From Octopus vulgaris (Eukaryota), in the NCBI GenBank assembly GCA_951406725.2, contig OX597821.1, positions 94,984,001 through 95,048,000 on the forward strand: a DNA stretch of 64,000 bases, read 5' to 3'. Both the position numbers and the translations under genes were made by a program. This document shows, one piece after another, positions 39,520-56,210 of the stretch. The notes under the pieces are model-generated. The model worked only from the letters and a program-made list of their open reading frames with translations, was not told the DNA's origin and did no database searches. The number at the start of each line of letters is the position of its first letter. Position 1 is the stretch's first letter.

Positions 39520-40155
39520 GGTGGCGAGCTGGCAGGAACGTTAGCACGCCAGGCGAAATGCTTAGCAGTATTTCGTCTGTCCCTACGTTCAGAGTTCAAA
39601 TTCCACCCAGGTCGACTTTGCCTTTCATCCTTTCGGGGTCTATTAAATAAATGCCAGTTACGCACTGGGGTCGATCCAATCGACTTAATCCGTTATGTCT
39701 GTCCTTGTCTGTCCCCTCTGTGTAGCCCCTTGTGGGTAATAAAGAAATAGGTATTTCGTCTGTCGTTACGTTCTGTGTTCAAATTCCGCCGAGGTCGACT
39801 TTGCCTTCATCCTTTCGGGGTCGATAAAAGTACATAAATAAGTCTAATCGACTTAATCCGTTTGTCTGTCCTTGTCTGTCCCCTCTGTGTAGCCCTTGTG
39901 GGCAGTAAAGAAATAAGAATCGTTAGCATGCCAGACAAAATGCTTAGCGGCATTTCTTCCAGCTTTACGTTGTGAGTTCGAATCCTACCGAGTTAGACTT
40001 TGCCTTTCATCCCTCTGGAATCGATAAAATAATTACCAGTCAAATGCTAAGGATCGATGAAATTGACTAGCCCTCTCCCTCAAAATTTCGGGCCTTGTGT
40101 CCATTGTACAAAGAATTATATTTGACCCGGTGAAAGGTGACGAGCTGGCAGAATC
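39520..40155 (+). mobile_element. Tandem family C SINEs (dimer plus an older copy)
   Basis: Head at 39520; second unit begins GGTATTTCGTCTG at ~39750. Confidence 0.88.
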
Positions 40156-40164
40156 TTTAAAACA

Positions 40165-40620
40165 TTTTATTATAATTCTGCTTGTCACTCCGTTGCTTAG
40201 CCCGTCCGTAACGCTTCCACGTGATTAGTTGAAGGGGGAAGGACAGGTGGTGGTGAGTGTAATGTGTAACTTTTTTATCCAAGTGTTTCTTTACTCTGTT
40301 TCTTTACTCCGTTTGAAACGCTTTCGCGTGATTAGTTGAAGGAAAAGGTGAAGAGTGAAAAAGAGGGTAAAGCGAAGAATAAGAGAGAAAGAGGGAGAGT
40401 GTTGCGTATTAAGTCTAAAAAAGTGTGCATAAAGTATAAAAAGTGTATATATAAAATGCATTGAGTAATCACCATATCCCAATTTCGTTCACTTTCCAAT
40501 GAGAAGCGGATGAGCGACTATCAACACAAGCTATGCTTTCACGTTTTTTTGGATAAATTTTGCAGAAATAACCCAATAGGTTTACCATTAATTCCATGAA
40601 ATATTCACGGGTCCCGCTAC
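40165..40620 (+). mobile_element. Non-autonomous Helitron-like element, diverged
   Basis: 3' hairpin CCATGAAATATTCACGG then GTCCCGCTAC; related to the terminus at 54288. Confidence 0.5.
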
Positions 40621-40843
40621 TCAGAATAAATGTTTACGATAGTTGTTCGATGCAATTCTTAGCATGACAGATACTAGGGAGATAGGCAAAAAACTTATCT
40701 CTAGACTGGTACTTTATTCGCCTCGGAAAAAAAAAAATGAAAAGCAAATATGACTTCAGTCGCATTTGAACTCAGGGCGTAGAGAATCGGAATTAATATT
40801 GTAATAACGAGTCTGATCGTAATAACGGCTCATCATATCAATA

Positions 40844-41229
40844 GGAAGGAAGCACTCCGTCGGTTACGACGATGAGGGTTCCGGTTGATCCGAATCAACG
40901 GAACAGCCTGCTCGTGAAATTAACGTGTAAATGGCTGAGCACTCCACAGACACGTGCACCCTTAACGTAGTTCTCGGGGATATTCAGCGTGACACAGAGA
41001 GTGACAAGGCCGGCCCTTTGAAATACATGTACAACAGAAACAGGAAGTAAGAGTGAGAGAAAGTTGTGGTGAAAGAGTACAGCAGGGATCACCACCATCC
41101 CCTGCCGGAGCCTCATGGAGCTTTAGGTGTTTTCACTCAATAAACACTCACAACGCCCGGTCTGGGAATCGAAACCGCGATCCTGTGACCGCGAGTCCGC
41201 TGCCCTAACCACTGGGCCATTGCGCCTCC
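40844..41229 (-). mobile_element. SINE family A, full length, TSD TCATATCAATA
   Basis: TSD at 40833-40843 and 41230-41240. Confidence 0.92.
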
Positions 41230-41262
41230 TCATATCAATATAATAATATATGAAATGTGTGT

Positions 41263-42270
41263 AAGGCAATGAGCTGGCAGAGTCGTTTCCGCACCGGGAA
41301 AATGCTTAACGGCATTAATTCTAACTTTACGTTTTAAGTTCAAATGCTGCCGGGGGTCTACTTTGCCCTTTTATCCTTTCGGGTCGATAAAATAAGTACC
41401 AGTTGAACACTGGGGTGTATATAACTGACTTATCCCCTCCCCTGAAATTACTGGCCTTGTGCCAAAATTTGAAATCAGTATATGAAATATGTATGTGTGT
41501 GAGTTGAATTAATTAATATACAATATATGTTAATTTGATAGTATACAGCATTAAGTATACAACAGCTGAATTGATCCTTGGCCATCAGAAGAGAGAGAGA
41601 GAGAATAATTATGAATGTAGTTATGAACACAAATCGAGAAAAAAACAAATGATTATTGAACTTGTATTGAATTATGTAAAGTTATAAAATGATTACTAGG
41701 TGCAAAAGATCCTTGTATTATCGAGACTAAATCTGTTGTATATTATTGGCTTCTGCCATAAGTACATTATCTCACATCTGAGAGAAGTTGTAGTCGATCC
41801 GACCACCATTATTTCATTGATATTATTGAATAGAGCCAAAGGCGGCGAGCTGGCAGAAGCGTTAGCACGCCAGGCGAAATGCTTAGCAGTATTTCGTATG
41901 TCTTTACGTCCTGAGTTCAAATTCCGCCGAGGTCGACTTTACCTTTCATCCTTTCGGGGTTGATAATTTAAGTACCAGTTGTGTACTGGGGTCGATCTAA
42001 TCGACTGGCCTCCCTCCCACCAAATTTTCAAACCTTGTGTTAAAGTAGAAAAAAATTATTGAATAGAACCAATGTGGCAAGCTGGCAGAATTATTATCGC
42101 GTAGGACGAAATGCTTAGCGGCATTTCGTCCGTCTTTGCGTTCTAAGTTCCAATTCCTCCAAGGTAGACTTTCACTGCCATGCTTACGGGGCTGATAAAA
42201 CAAGTATCAGTTGAGTATTGGGGTTAATGTAATCGACTAGCTCCTTCTTCCGACATTTCAGGCCTTGTTG
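41263..42270 (+). mobile_element. Three family C SINEs (41263-41480, 41841-42055, 42074-42270)
   Basis: Family head and core motifs. Confidence 0.8.
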
Positions 42271-42404
42271 GATTATCGAATAGAACCCGATAATACAAAA
42301 AAAAAAAAGGGAAAAAAAGCTGACCTTGGCTGTAGTCGAAATGAGAATGTAAATGAGCATAAGTGTATTCTAGACTACATTTAATCACTACTTTATCAAT
42401 TCCA

Positions 42405-42695
42405 ACGTTCCAGTTGATCTGATCAACGGAACAGCCTGCTCGTTAAATAACGTGCAAGTGGCTGAGTACTCCACAGACACATCATACCCTTTACGTAGTT
42501 CTCAGGGAGACTCAGCGTGACACTGAATGATGTGACAAGGCTGGCCTTTTGAATTATAATGTACAATCAACTTTTGCCAGTAGCAACGTGAAATAAACTG
42601 TCATGCTCGAGGACAGAACGCGCAGCCGGGAATCGAACTCACAATCTTACGATCATGCGTCGAATACCCTAACCGCTAAGCCACACGTCCTCACC
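42405..42695 (-). mobile_element. SINE with a family D-like head and a family A-like tail
   Basis: Tail matches 4350-4490; head resembles 26641. Confidence 0.65.
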
Positions 42696-42761
42696 AATCA
42701 ACATATGTATTCTCATGTGACATCATTACATTGTGGAATTTACATACATATCCCCTATATA

Positions 42762-42988
42762 TTTCTTTACTGCCCACAAGGGGCTAAACATAGAGGGGAC
42801 AAACAAGGACAGACAAACGGATTAAGTCGATTACATCGACCCCAGTGCGAAACTGGTACTTTATTTATCGACCCCGAAAGGATGAAAGGCAAAGTCGACC
42901 TCGGCGGAATTTGAACTCAGAACGTAACGACAGACGAAATACCGCAAAGCATTTCGCCCGGCGTGCTAACGTTTCTGCCAGCTCGCCT
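42762..42988 (-). mobile_element. Family C SINE, young full-length monomer
   Basis: Family similarity. Confidence 0.88.
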
Positions 42989-43371
42989 ATAACTGAATTG
43001 TGTTCAAATTCCGTGAGATCAAATTTGCCTCTCAACCTTTCAGAGTCGACTAAAAAGAGAAAAAAAAGTACCAATCCAGGTGGTTAGGTGGCAGAAGTGT
43101 CAATGTCGGACGTGATGCCTTGTGGTGGTATGTCCCGGCTCCGTGCGTTTTGACAACAACGCTTGCGACAACTGTGGTACCCAGCTATATCGGTTCTAAA
43201 ATGACAGCGTTACCTTTTAACAATATTGATGTGTGGAGACGGGAGACGTACAGGCATGAGCGTTCAAAGCCTTCAAACACAGATGAAGATAAACGATCAT
43301 CCTTTTACGTAAGACATATCTTTTACTTGTTTCAGCCATTAGACATTAGCCATGCTGGAGCATCGCCTTGA

Positions 43372-43422
<51 letters not shown>

Positions 43423-44169
43423 GACGTATGTGGAACCATGGAGGAGTATCTTGCGTGGTCGATCAATTTGCTAAAAATAGCAGCGAGATCTTCCTCCTAT
43501 CACTACCGTCTTTAAAAAAAAGGATATAGTGAATATTCTTTTCTACTCTAGGTACAACGCCCGAAATTTTGGGGAAAGGGGACAATTGATTAGATCGACC
43601 CCAGTACGCAACTGGTACTTAATTTATCGACGCTGAAAGGATGAAAGGCCTCGATAGAATTTGAACTCAGAACGTAAAGACACAGTGAATATTGAAGTAC
43701 TGAATGTTTTATGCCTGAAAAGATAAAAACAAGTTGGGCATGGTAGGAAAGCCTTTGATCATAAGTCTGATCGATCAGTGATGACGCGGAGGTTAACTAC
43801 AATCTTTTGCTGCATAGGAAACATTATTACAATATATCAATCTATGACAAGCTAACGTGAAGGCTTGTTATCCCACGACATACTAGAACGCTATACTTTG
43901 GATATTGTAATCCGAGATGCCTTGATCATAGGTTTTCTCAATTAGAGCCAACATGGAGATAAATAATTATAGAGGAACATTATTTTAATACATTTTGATT
44001 AAAGAAAATACAGACGGCAGTTGTGCGCGAAACCTACATCACGCTCTCTTTAACTCTTATTCGCGTTGATCACATCATCTTTCTGCCTTTGTCTTCAGGC
44101 CTTGATTTACATTTTCCTCTCTTCTGACAGTTCTTTGATATGTTTGCAGTTTACAGAAGTTTTATAATT

Positions 44170-44802
44170 TCTTTCAGTCATTTAGTCGAAGAAAGCGACC
44201 CCAGGACTTATACTTTGTAAGCCTAGTACTTATTCCACCGGTCGCTTTTGCCGGAACACTAAGTTACGTGCACGTAAACACACCAACATCGGTTATCAAG
44301 CGATAGTGGGGGGACAAACACCGACACACATACATACATATATATATATATTGTTTGTTCCTTCTCGAGCCATGCCTGGCTCATTAGGGCCGGTTTCCTT
44401 CGCGTATAGGTTTCCCACCTGGACGGGACGCCGGTCCGTCGCAGGTGAGCTGCAAGAAGCAGGAGGAAAGAGTGAGAGAAAGTTGTGGAGAAAGAGTCAG
44501 CAGAAGTTTGCCGGAGCCGCGTGGAGCTTAAACATAAACATACACATCGCCCGGTCTGAGATTCGAACCCGCGATCCCTCGACTGCGAGTCCGCTGCTCT
44601 AACCACTAGACCATGTGCTTCCACACACACACACTCACACACACACGACTGGCTTCTTTCAGTTTCTGTCTACCTAATCCACTCAAAAGGCTTTGGTCGA
44701 CTCCAGGCTACAGTAGAAGACACCCAAGGTGCCACCGAGAGACTGAATCCGAAACCATGTGGTTGAGAAGCAAGCTTTTTACCACACAGCCGCTCCTGCA
44801 CC
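44170..44802 (-). mobile_element. Family B SINE containing a nested family A-head SINE with a third tail type (44351-44622)
   Basis: The nested element sits in the internal microsatellite of the host SINE. Confidence 0.82.
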
Positions 44803-44899
44803 TGTAAGTTGTTAATTTTCTCTTTGCTTTATAATAAATATAATTTTAGGGAAGAAATGAAAGTACTTTCTCATATCACAATTTTCGATATTTCAATAA

Positions 44900-45548
44900 T
44901 TCTTTTCTACTCTAGGCATAAGGCCCGAAATTTTGGGGGAGGAGGCGAGTCGATTAGATCAACCCCAATACGCAAGTGGTATTTAATTTATCGACCCAGA
45001 AAGGATGTAAGGCAAAGTCGACCTCAGCGGAATTTGAACTCAGAACGTAAAGACAGACAAAATGCCGCTAAGCATTTCGCTCGGCGTGTTAACGTTTCTA
45101 CCAGCTCACCACCTTATCGATATTTCAATGTTATTCCATTAAGAAGGCGGCGAGCTAGTAGAATCTTTAGCACGCCGGACGAAATGCTTAGCGGTATTTC
45201 GTCTGTCGTTACGTTCTGAGTTCAAATTCCGCCGATGTCGACTTCGCCTTTCATCCTTTCGGGTCGATAAATAAAGTACCAGTTTCGCACTGGGGTCGAT
45301 GTAATCGACTTAATCCGTTTGTCTGTCCTTGTTTATCTCCTCTGTGTTTAGCCCCTTGTGGGTAGTAAAGAAATAGGTATTTCGTCTGTCGTTACGTTCT
45401 GAGTTCAAATTCCGCCGAGGTCGACTTTGCCTTTCATCCTTTCGGAGTCGATAAATTAAGTACCAGTTGCGTACTGGGATCGATCTAATCGACTGGCCCC
45501 ACCTCCCCCAAAAAATTCTGGCCTTGTGTCTAGAGTAGAAAAGAATAT
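44900..45548. mobile_element. Divergent pair of family C SINEs (minus monomer 44900-45113; plus dimer 45146-45548)
   Basis: Family motifs. Confidence 0.88.
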
Positions 45549-47059
45549 TATCCCATTAAGCTTTTTTCGTTTTCCATTCATAACGTTATTTCATTCACTA
45601 TTAAATAATTCATTTCGAAGTATATTATAAATATAACTAAGCTAGTCCATTAATTAGTGCTAATCTTTCTTGCAAATGTTCAGGAAAATCTGAGTGGCTT
45701 AGTGACTTGATCTAATATATGTCCCTATCATTTCAATTTTTCAGTTAGTTTCTTTGCGTTTTCGTCTTGAGTAGAAATGCTTGACAAAATAAACTGGTTG
45801 CAACTACATGTATATCATTCGTTAGGAGAACTTTCGCTGCTATGAGTTCGTTAATGGTATGCTGTCTGGTCGTTCATGGTTGGCGAGCCGAACCGAAATT
45901 TTTTTTAAATGTGAAATTATTTAGGTGGAAAGTGAAAATCTTATATGAGATATTTGAATATAAATTTACAATTTAAATTCCTGTAGTAATGTTAACACAG
46001 TAAAACCTACAGAATTAATAGATTTTATTTTTATAAATATCAAACAAGAAAATTGAAATTTAAACGGTAAGTTCGGGAGAAAAATTAATTCATGGTTATT
46101 GCATACTTAATTTGAATTTATTATCTTTGCAAAGCAGTTGAGATTACAACTACTTATCTAAGATAATTGGATAAAATCATTCACAAAACTGCTGGTTATT
46201 CCATCGATCCAATTCGTCCCAAATGACTAATTCACCACAAATGAGCAATTTTTCTTTCATTTCACCCAAGATATTGATTATGTGTGTAAGAACAAAGTTT
46301 TTTCTTGTTTCAGTCATAAGATAGCAGACATGCTGGGGCACCGCCTTGAAGAATTAGTCGAACGAATCGAACCCAGTATTTCAGTTTCCGTCTATGAAAT
46401 CCATTCACAGGTTTTTGGTTGGCTCGGAGCTATAGCAGAAGACACTTGCCCAAGGAGACTGAAGCAGGCACCGTGGGGGTTGGGAAGCAAACTTCTTACC
46501 ATATAGCTGAACTTGTTTTTACATTTAATTCTTCCTGAAAGGGAAATTTAGTAGATTAACCGAATTTCTTTGTATATGTTAATAGCCACAAAGAATATTT
46601 CCTAATATTTACGTCGTTCTGAGTTTGAGACCCGGATAACTGGGTAGGAGTAGGCTCTTGACGATTCCTGTTCTAATATTGAATTATTTGGGGAAGAATG
46701 TCTGATAATTTTTACAGAAATTGAGTTGCTTCTTGAGAATTTGTCCATAAGAACAGCTAAAAGTGATCATATGGCATTGTCCTATATGAAGAAACATACA
46801 TTTGATGTTGTGTAACTATTTCAGTGATATTGAATTTACATACATTTTTTTTTCATGAGAATGTTTGTTTAGTGAAAGTTTTTTGAACGGGATTGTCAGT
46901 TATATTTTTAACAGATGATTTTAGAACGGAAGATCCTTTTTTTCTATAATAGTAGGATGGTCAAAGAAACATGTCGACGAAGAGGACAGGAAAACTGAAA
47001 AATCAATATACCCGGGAGAAACAAATTTACCAAAACTGAGGAACAACGACTAACACGAC

Positions 47060-50713
<3,654 letters not shown>

Positions 50714-50849
50714 CGAAAGAGGAAGAGCAGTGTTAAAAAGAACATAACATACAAACGAAACAGACAAAAGCAGAAGGAAAGACGGCTATCCCAGCTCACC
50801 CTACGTGAGTAGGGGGATCAAGAACCAGAATCCGAGAGGTAATTGCAGT

Positions 50850-53600
50850 GATGACTAATAACAGTTTCATACTCAAAAAATAGATAAGCTATGGCGTATC
50901 TTTCTTGATGCAAATTTTCACCTGGTTCAAATGCAAAAAAATTCTTTTTCCAAACCAAAAACTATTGAACTGCAGAATTGACAAAACCAGTGAGATTTCT
51001 GGTTTTTACGATATTAAAGCCTTAACAGTTTTACTGTAACACCACGTTGGAGACTACTTAACTGTTTGCAGCCAATGCATATCACATCAGTGGAAGGTTG
51101 GGCTGAGACCAGTTTAATCTGTGATGGAAAAGTCAAGCTACATTCATTGCCTGCCCACTGCCAGCCATTATCAAACATTTTAACATAGAGTCGGAATAAA
51201 GGTTCCTAGAACATACACGAGACTGTAATAATTGTAAGCCCACGTTCTTCTTTCAAAACTACAATAACGGAAAGCTCATCACTATGACTACTAATCTTAT
51301 GAAGCTTGAAATCACAATTGGCCTCAGTTCTGGAGAGGAAGCTAGGAAGAGATATGATCAGTGCGTACGAGTTTTCATGATCAAACACGACAGTTTGTTT
51401 GGATGATTTCAAAAGAAAGAGGTGTTTAACAAAATGTTTGCCTATTTTACTATATTCGAGGGGCAGATACAGTGGTTGCACCAATCTTACATTATCCTTA
51501 TCATGGATCTTACATTATCCTTATCAGCCGATCGAAAAAGCGGTGTGCTGTGAAATACTCCTCAATGAAAAGAATTTGAAACTCCATTCCACCATTGTAA
51601 CAAACAATAAGCATGGAGCAAGTGATCTCAGCCACACAAACAACTCCTGCATATATAGTCATGGTTTGATCAGTTGATGGAAATAATTCATTTCTGGAAT
51701 ACCGTCGAAGATCTTTAAACAAAGAGGGCCTCCGCCCATATAATTTGGCCAAACAGAATACCTACCAAAAGATAGAATCGAACAGCCGATGTGTCGTGCT
51801 ATACAATATGCCCCTCTCCTTGGGACACAACTACTGTAATAACTGTAGTGTCATATAAAGACGCGTTTCAGAAGCGAACTTTGAGTCGAGGAACGTGATC
51901 AAATTGAGACTTTTTTAAGTGCACAATACATCTTAGCTAAAAGCATTTTTGAGGATCAGCTAATTTCCACTACAAAGCAGAAAACCTCATTAAGAAAACT
52001 TTCCATTCTGCGTTCCTGAAGTACAAATTGCCCTTTACACAAATGATGAAGTGACAGACGTTTTGGTACAAAAACTTGCAATAAAATTGATTAATTATTT
52101 CCAGTTGAAAGCGAGAGACCCTAAACCACAATACAATCTCTACCCCGACATTCATAAGAACATTTTCTGATAGGATAAAATATATAAGAGGTGCAAATGA
52201 TGGCTCACTTGAATGCATTCCTTATCGATAATACTACTAGTTTTTAAACGGAATATTTTGCCCTGCAACGTATTTAAAGAATTGAGCATTTAAGTCCATC
52301 CAGTCGAATTTAGGCTGAGCTCTATTTCCCGCGAATGCTTCTTCATCATCAGACATGGCTTCAAGCTGAGCCTCCTTGTTAATGTTCACGAAAATGTCTA
52401 GATCATTAAATTACATCCGATTTAGATAAGTTTCTAGACACATTCTGCCCTATCCTGCTTTAATCTGTTTGGAATTCTGGAACAGTCGAAGACATCATGT
52501 AACAGAATAAAGGGATGGCATTGTCAGAACTCAGGGTATATGATACTGTTTAACAATCAGGAAAGGCTGTAGTTTGATGGATTGGACCTTCATTCCAACT
52601 TTGGATTGCCAAGGCCCAATACAAACACCGTTGCATTGACACAGCTAATCAGCGAACTGAGGCAGGAGACAGAACTTGATGTAGTGCTGCTGAGAGGAAA
52701 TATAGGGAAGCCAACGCGAATGCTAACATCGAATCCTTAACTGTGATTGGATTTAAGTGATCAATTCTTTAAATACGTTGCAGAGCAAAATATTTCGTTT
52801 AAATACTAGTAGTATTATCGATAAGGCATACATAATCAACATACTGTTTGGCTAGTGACTGCAAACAGACTTTACCGAGGATTGAACACAGAGCCAGAGC
52901 AGAGCTTGTATAGGCGAGATTGATATGAAATTTAAAGTCGGATGAAGATACTGGAGTTTAACTCTAAAATGTAGATTATTGTGGCTTTACAGTGCTGCTG
53001 AGAATGCAACTTCCGTGCACTGAGTGCAAACTTTATAAGGAGGATATCGAGGAGTTGAAATTCAAACTATTCACTTCTGATCAGCAACTGAAAAAAGAGA
53101 ACATGTTAGCTATGTGTACATTTTCGAGCTCTGTATAGTTAGCTGATTGGATCATCATCAGCTCTACAAACGAAGCATGCAGCTTGTCAACACGTACATG
53201 AAGCGATGGCTTCCGGACTAGGAGAGAAATTACATGGACACTGATAAAGTGTTCAAAGAAACTCGGCATCCACCCGAATAATTCGAAACTCTCTTCAATC
53301 CATCAAGATTTCTGTCGCAATCCCTCAACAAAAATATAAGGTAACATTTAAACTGCTGCGAAACTTACAATGAGGCGCGATGCATCCGGATTACGTGTTT
53401 TACCTGCTGTTCATCTTGAGGTTATTTTCCATCCACCAAGAGCGTAAATTTATTTTCTTTTCAGGTTCGAAAATAGCAGCTTTCAGGGTTTCGTGTATTC
53501 AATGCTCTAGATCTGTCATCTGATGCAACATGCATTCATTACAGAGGACAAGCTTCCACAACTGTTTTCAGTGAAAATGTGATTCTCCACCTGGCATTAA
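50850..53600 (-). pseudogene. Cadherin-relic segment with a probable internal inversion
   Basis: YTELENVHIANMFSFFSC, PSFAPLIYFILSENV...HFIICVKGNLY, NELFP...VAEITCS...YNGGMEFQI...EYF, VVFDHENSYALII. Confidence 0.65.
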
Positions 53601-53747
53601 GTTAGACGTCACTTGCCCAAGTTGCCGCAACAGGGGAGATAGAAGATATAATCGTGGGATTAGAAAACAAACTTTTCAAACCCGCGTTAGTGCACATGCA
53701 CTTACACGCAAACATACTCAAACATGTAAGTACGTCTGCTCATCTCG

Positions 53748-54130
53748 TTTACTCTTTTACTTGTTTCAGTCATTTGACTGCGGCCATGCTGGAGCACCGC
53801 CTTTAGTCGAGCAAATCGACCCCGGGACTTATTCTTTGTAAGCCCAGTACTTATTCTATTGGTCTCTTTTGCCGAACCGCTAAGTTACGGGGACAAACAC
53901 ACCAGCATCGGTTGTCAAGCGATGCTGGAGGGGACAAACACATACATACAAACACACACACATATATAGATATACATATATACGATGGGCTTCTTTCAGT
54001 TTCCGTCTACCAAATCCACTCACAATGCATTTGTCGGCCCGAGGCTATAGTAGAAGACACTTGCCCAAGGTGCCAAGCAATGGGATTGAACCCGGAACCA
54101 TGTGGTCGGTAAACATGCTACTTACCACAC
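53748..54130 (-). mobile_element. SINE family B
   Basis: Family similarity. Confidence 0.9.
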
Positions 54131-54287
54131 CATTTATACATTAAATTGTCTGTATTATGTAATATATAATTTCAGGTCGAGAAGACTTCAGTAGATCTAT
54201 GTAAGTATACAAAATAGTTCTTTAAACTCATCTATAACGTATGTTGATGAATAATATTACACAACAGTGTGCAGTGCATAAGTTATA

Positions 54288-54999
54288 CTAGTAGGACCCG
54301 TGGAAATTCCACTGAATGGAGAAAATTAAGAGGACTTAAGAGAGAAAGGATTATTTACATTTCTATAGCATTCATAGTTTTGCTTTCTTAAAACATTCTT
54401 GACGTTCGTCTACATTTATTTCCTCACTTTTCTGTTGCTGTTGTCTTTTGGCTCTTTTTATTATATCTTCTCACTGTTCCTCTCAGATCCGTGCTCTATA
54501 TCTGCGCACCCTTTCTCGGGAAGCTTGTGAACCCAGAGTCTAGGCTAATTTAACCCTTATAAACAAATATCAATTTTGTAAGCGAGCAGACGATAGATAA
54601 TTGCACTTATGCGTATGCGATGGTCGCTATAAAAAAACTACTTTTCATTATCAACACACCTCTCTCTCTCTCTCTCTCTCTCCCTGAATATAACTGCGTC
54701 TCCTGTCCATCTCTTTCTATCTAACTTGCCCTTCAGCTAACTTTTTAACCACGTAATAAGTATTCCTTCCCCCACCGTACGTCGTTATCACCTCTCTCTC
54801 CCCTCATTCTTCGCCTCTACCTTCAGCTGACGACGTGACCATTTGGCTTAAGTGTATTAATATTAATCATCTTCCTCTGCTTCTTCCTCTCTTCTTTCTT
54901 CACTCCTCCCTCCCCCTCTATCTCTCACTCTACCTCCGCAACTAACTAATGTATAACGGGCGAACGAACAAACAGATTACATAGACATAGCATACTAGA
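54288..54999 (-). mobile_element. Non-autonomous Helitron-like element
   Basis: Minus strand ends CAGTGGAATTTCCACGG-GTCCTA-CTAG|T (hairpin, CTAG, then T); candidate A|TC start near 54976-54999. Confidence 0.6.
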
Positions 55000-55303
55000 T
55001 ATACCGAAACATTACACGCACATATGCACGCAGCTGCTTCACTGCATGGTCACTTCGACACCTGCATTAAGAGACTAAGTTTAGCAGCATTATTTGCACA
55101 TGTGTTTACTCTAAAATATATGTACACATGTACGCACACATATCACATATGTATGCATTATATATATATATATAAAGTTCAGCAAAAATTTAGATTCGAA
55201 TGACTATGGAACTTAATTTAGATGCACCAGAATTTTGTATGGTGTTATCCATGAAAATTTGTGGGGTGATTATAATCAAAATAAGCAACAAGAATGACTC
55301 CGG

Positions 55304-55397
55304 TAATTTGGTACAATCGTTTCGTACTACATCATTTTTATTAAATGTTGTAAGTATTACAACAGATTTAAGATGCTGAGTACTCATCAGCCAATTA
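55304..55397 (-). ncRNA. Type I hammerhead ribozyme, canonical core, extended stem II
   Basis: TAATTGG-CTGATGA-GTACT...AGTAC-GAAA-C gatt G-TA|CCAAATTA; predicted cleavage between 55312 and 55311. Confidence 0.8.
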
Positions 55398-55645
55398 TAG
55401 AGGTTTTCCATTAATACAGTTTAGGAACAGCCATATCTTGGTCAGTCAGCGGAAGGACTTCACCACCTCATATGTTCTTAAAATTTAAATCTATATCTTT
55501 GTCTGTATATCTACCTTCTCTATAATGTTGCCACTTGATTTGAAAACTTTTGTTTTGTATTAATGGTAAACCTCTATAATTAGCTGATGAGTACTCAGCA
55601 TCTTAAATCTGTTGTAATACTTACAACATTTAATAAAATGATGTA
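55328..55645. repeat. ~90-bp inverted repeat (55328-55418 and 55556-55645) of the hammerhead-bearing element
   Basis: Arms are reverse complements. Confidence 0.88.
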
Positions 55646-55649
55646 CTAC

Positions 55650-55767
55650 TCATTTTTAGTGAACTGGAGCAACGTGAAATAAAGTGTCTTGCTCAAAGAC
55701 AACGCGTTGCCAGGAATTGAACTTACGATCGTGAGCCGAATGCCCCTAATCACTAAGCCACGTGCCT

Positions 55768-55771
<4 letters not shown>
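55650..55771 (-). mobile_element. Family D SINE head fragment
   Basis: Reverse complement of GGCACGTGGCTTAGTG...TTGAGCAAGACACTTTATTTC. Confidence 0.7.
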
Positions 55772-55828
<57 letters not shown>

Positions 55829-55830
<2 letters not shown>

Positions 55831-56210
55831 TCTTTTACTTGTTTCAGTCATTTGACATGCGGCCATGACTGGAGCAACCGTCCTTTAGTCGAGCAAATCG
55901 ATCAACGGACTTATTCTTTGTAAGCCCAGTACTTATTCTTGCAAGTGGCTTTTGCCGAACCGCTACAGTGACGGGGACGTAAACACACCAGCATCGGTTG
56001 GGAAAATCTAGCGTGACAAACACAGAGTGTGCACAAACACTTTGACACATACATACTATATATATATGATATACATATATACGACAGGCTTCTGTCTTCC
56101 GTCTACCAAAGACAACGCGTCACAAGGAATTGAACTTACGGGGCTATAGCAGAAGACACTTGCCCAAGATGTCACGCCACGTGTTCACTGATACCCGATA
56201 CCATGTGGTA
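55829..56210 (-). mobile_element. Family B SINE, garbled
   Basis: Family B backbone with many indels and patches matching 55695-55770. Confidence 0.7.

Noticed and set aside
52500-52740. LINE reverse-transcriptase remnant
   Set aside because: No RT motifs found; fits an inverted cadherin-relic segment better
55584-55645. Second hammerhead on the plus strand
   Set aside because: The inverted copy ends before the GAAA and cleavage site
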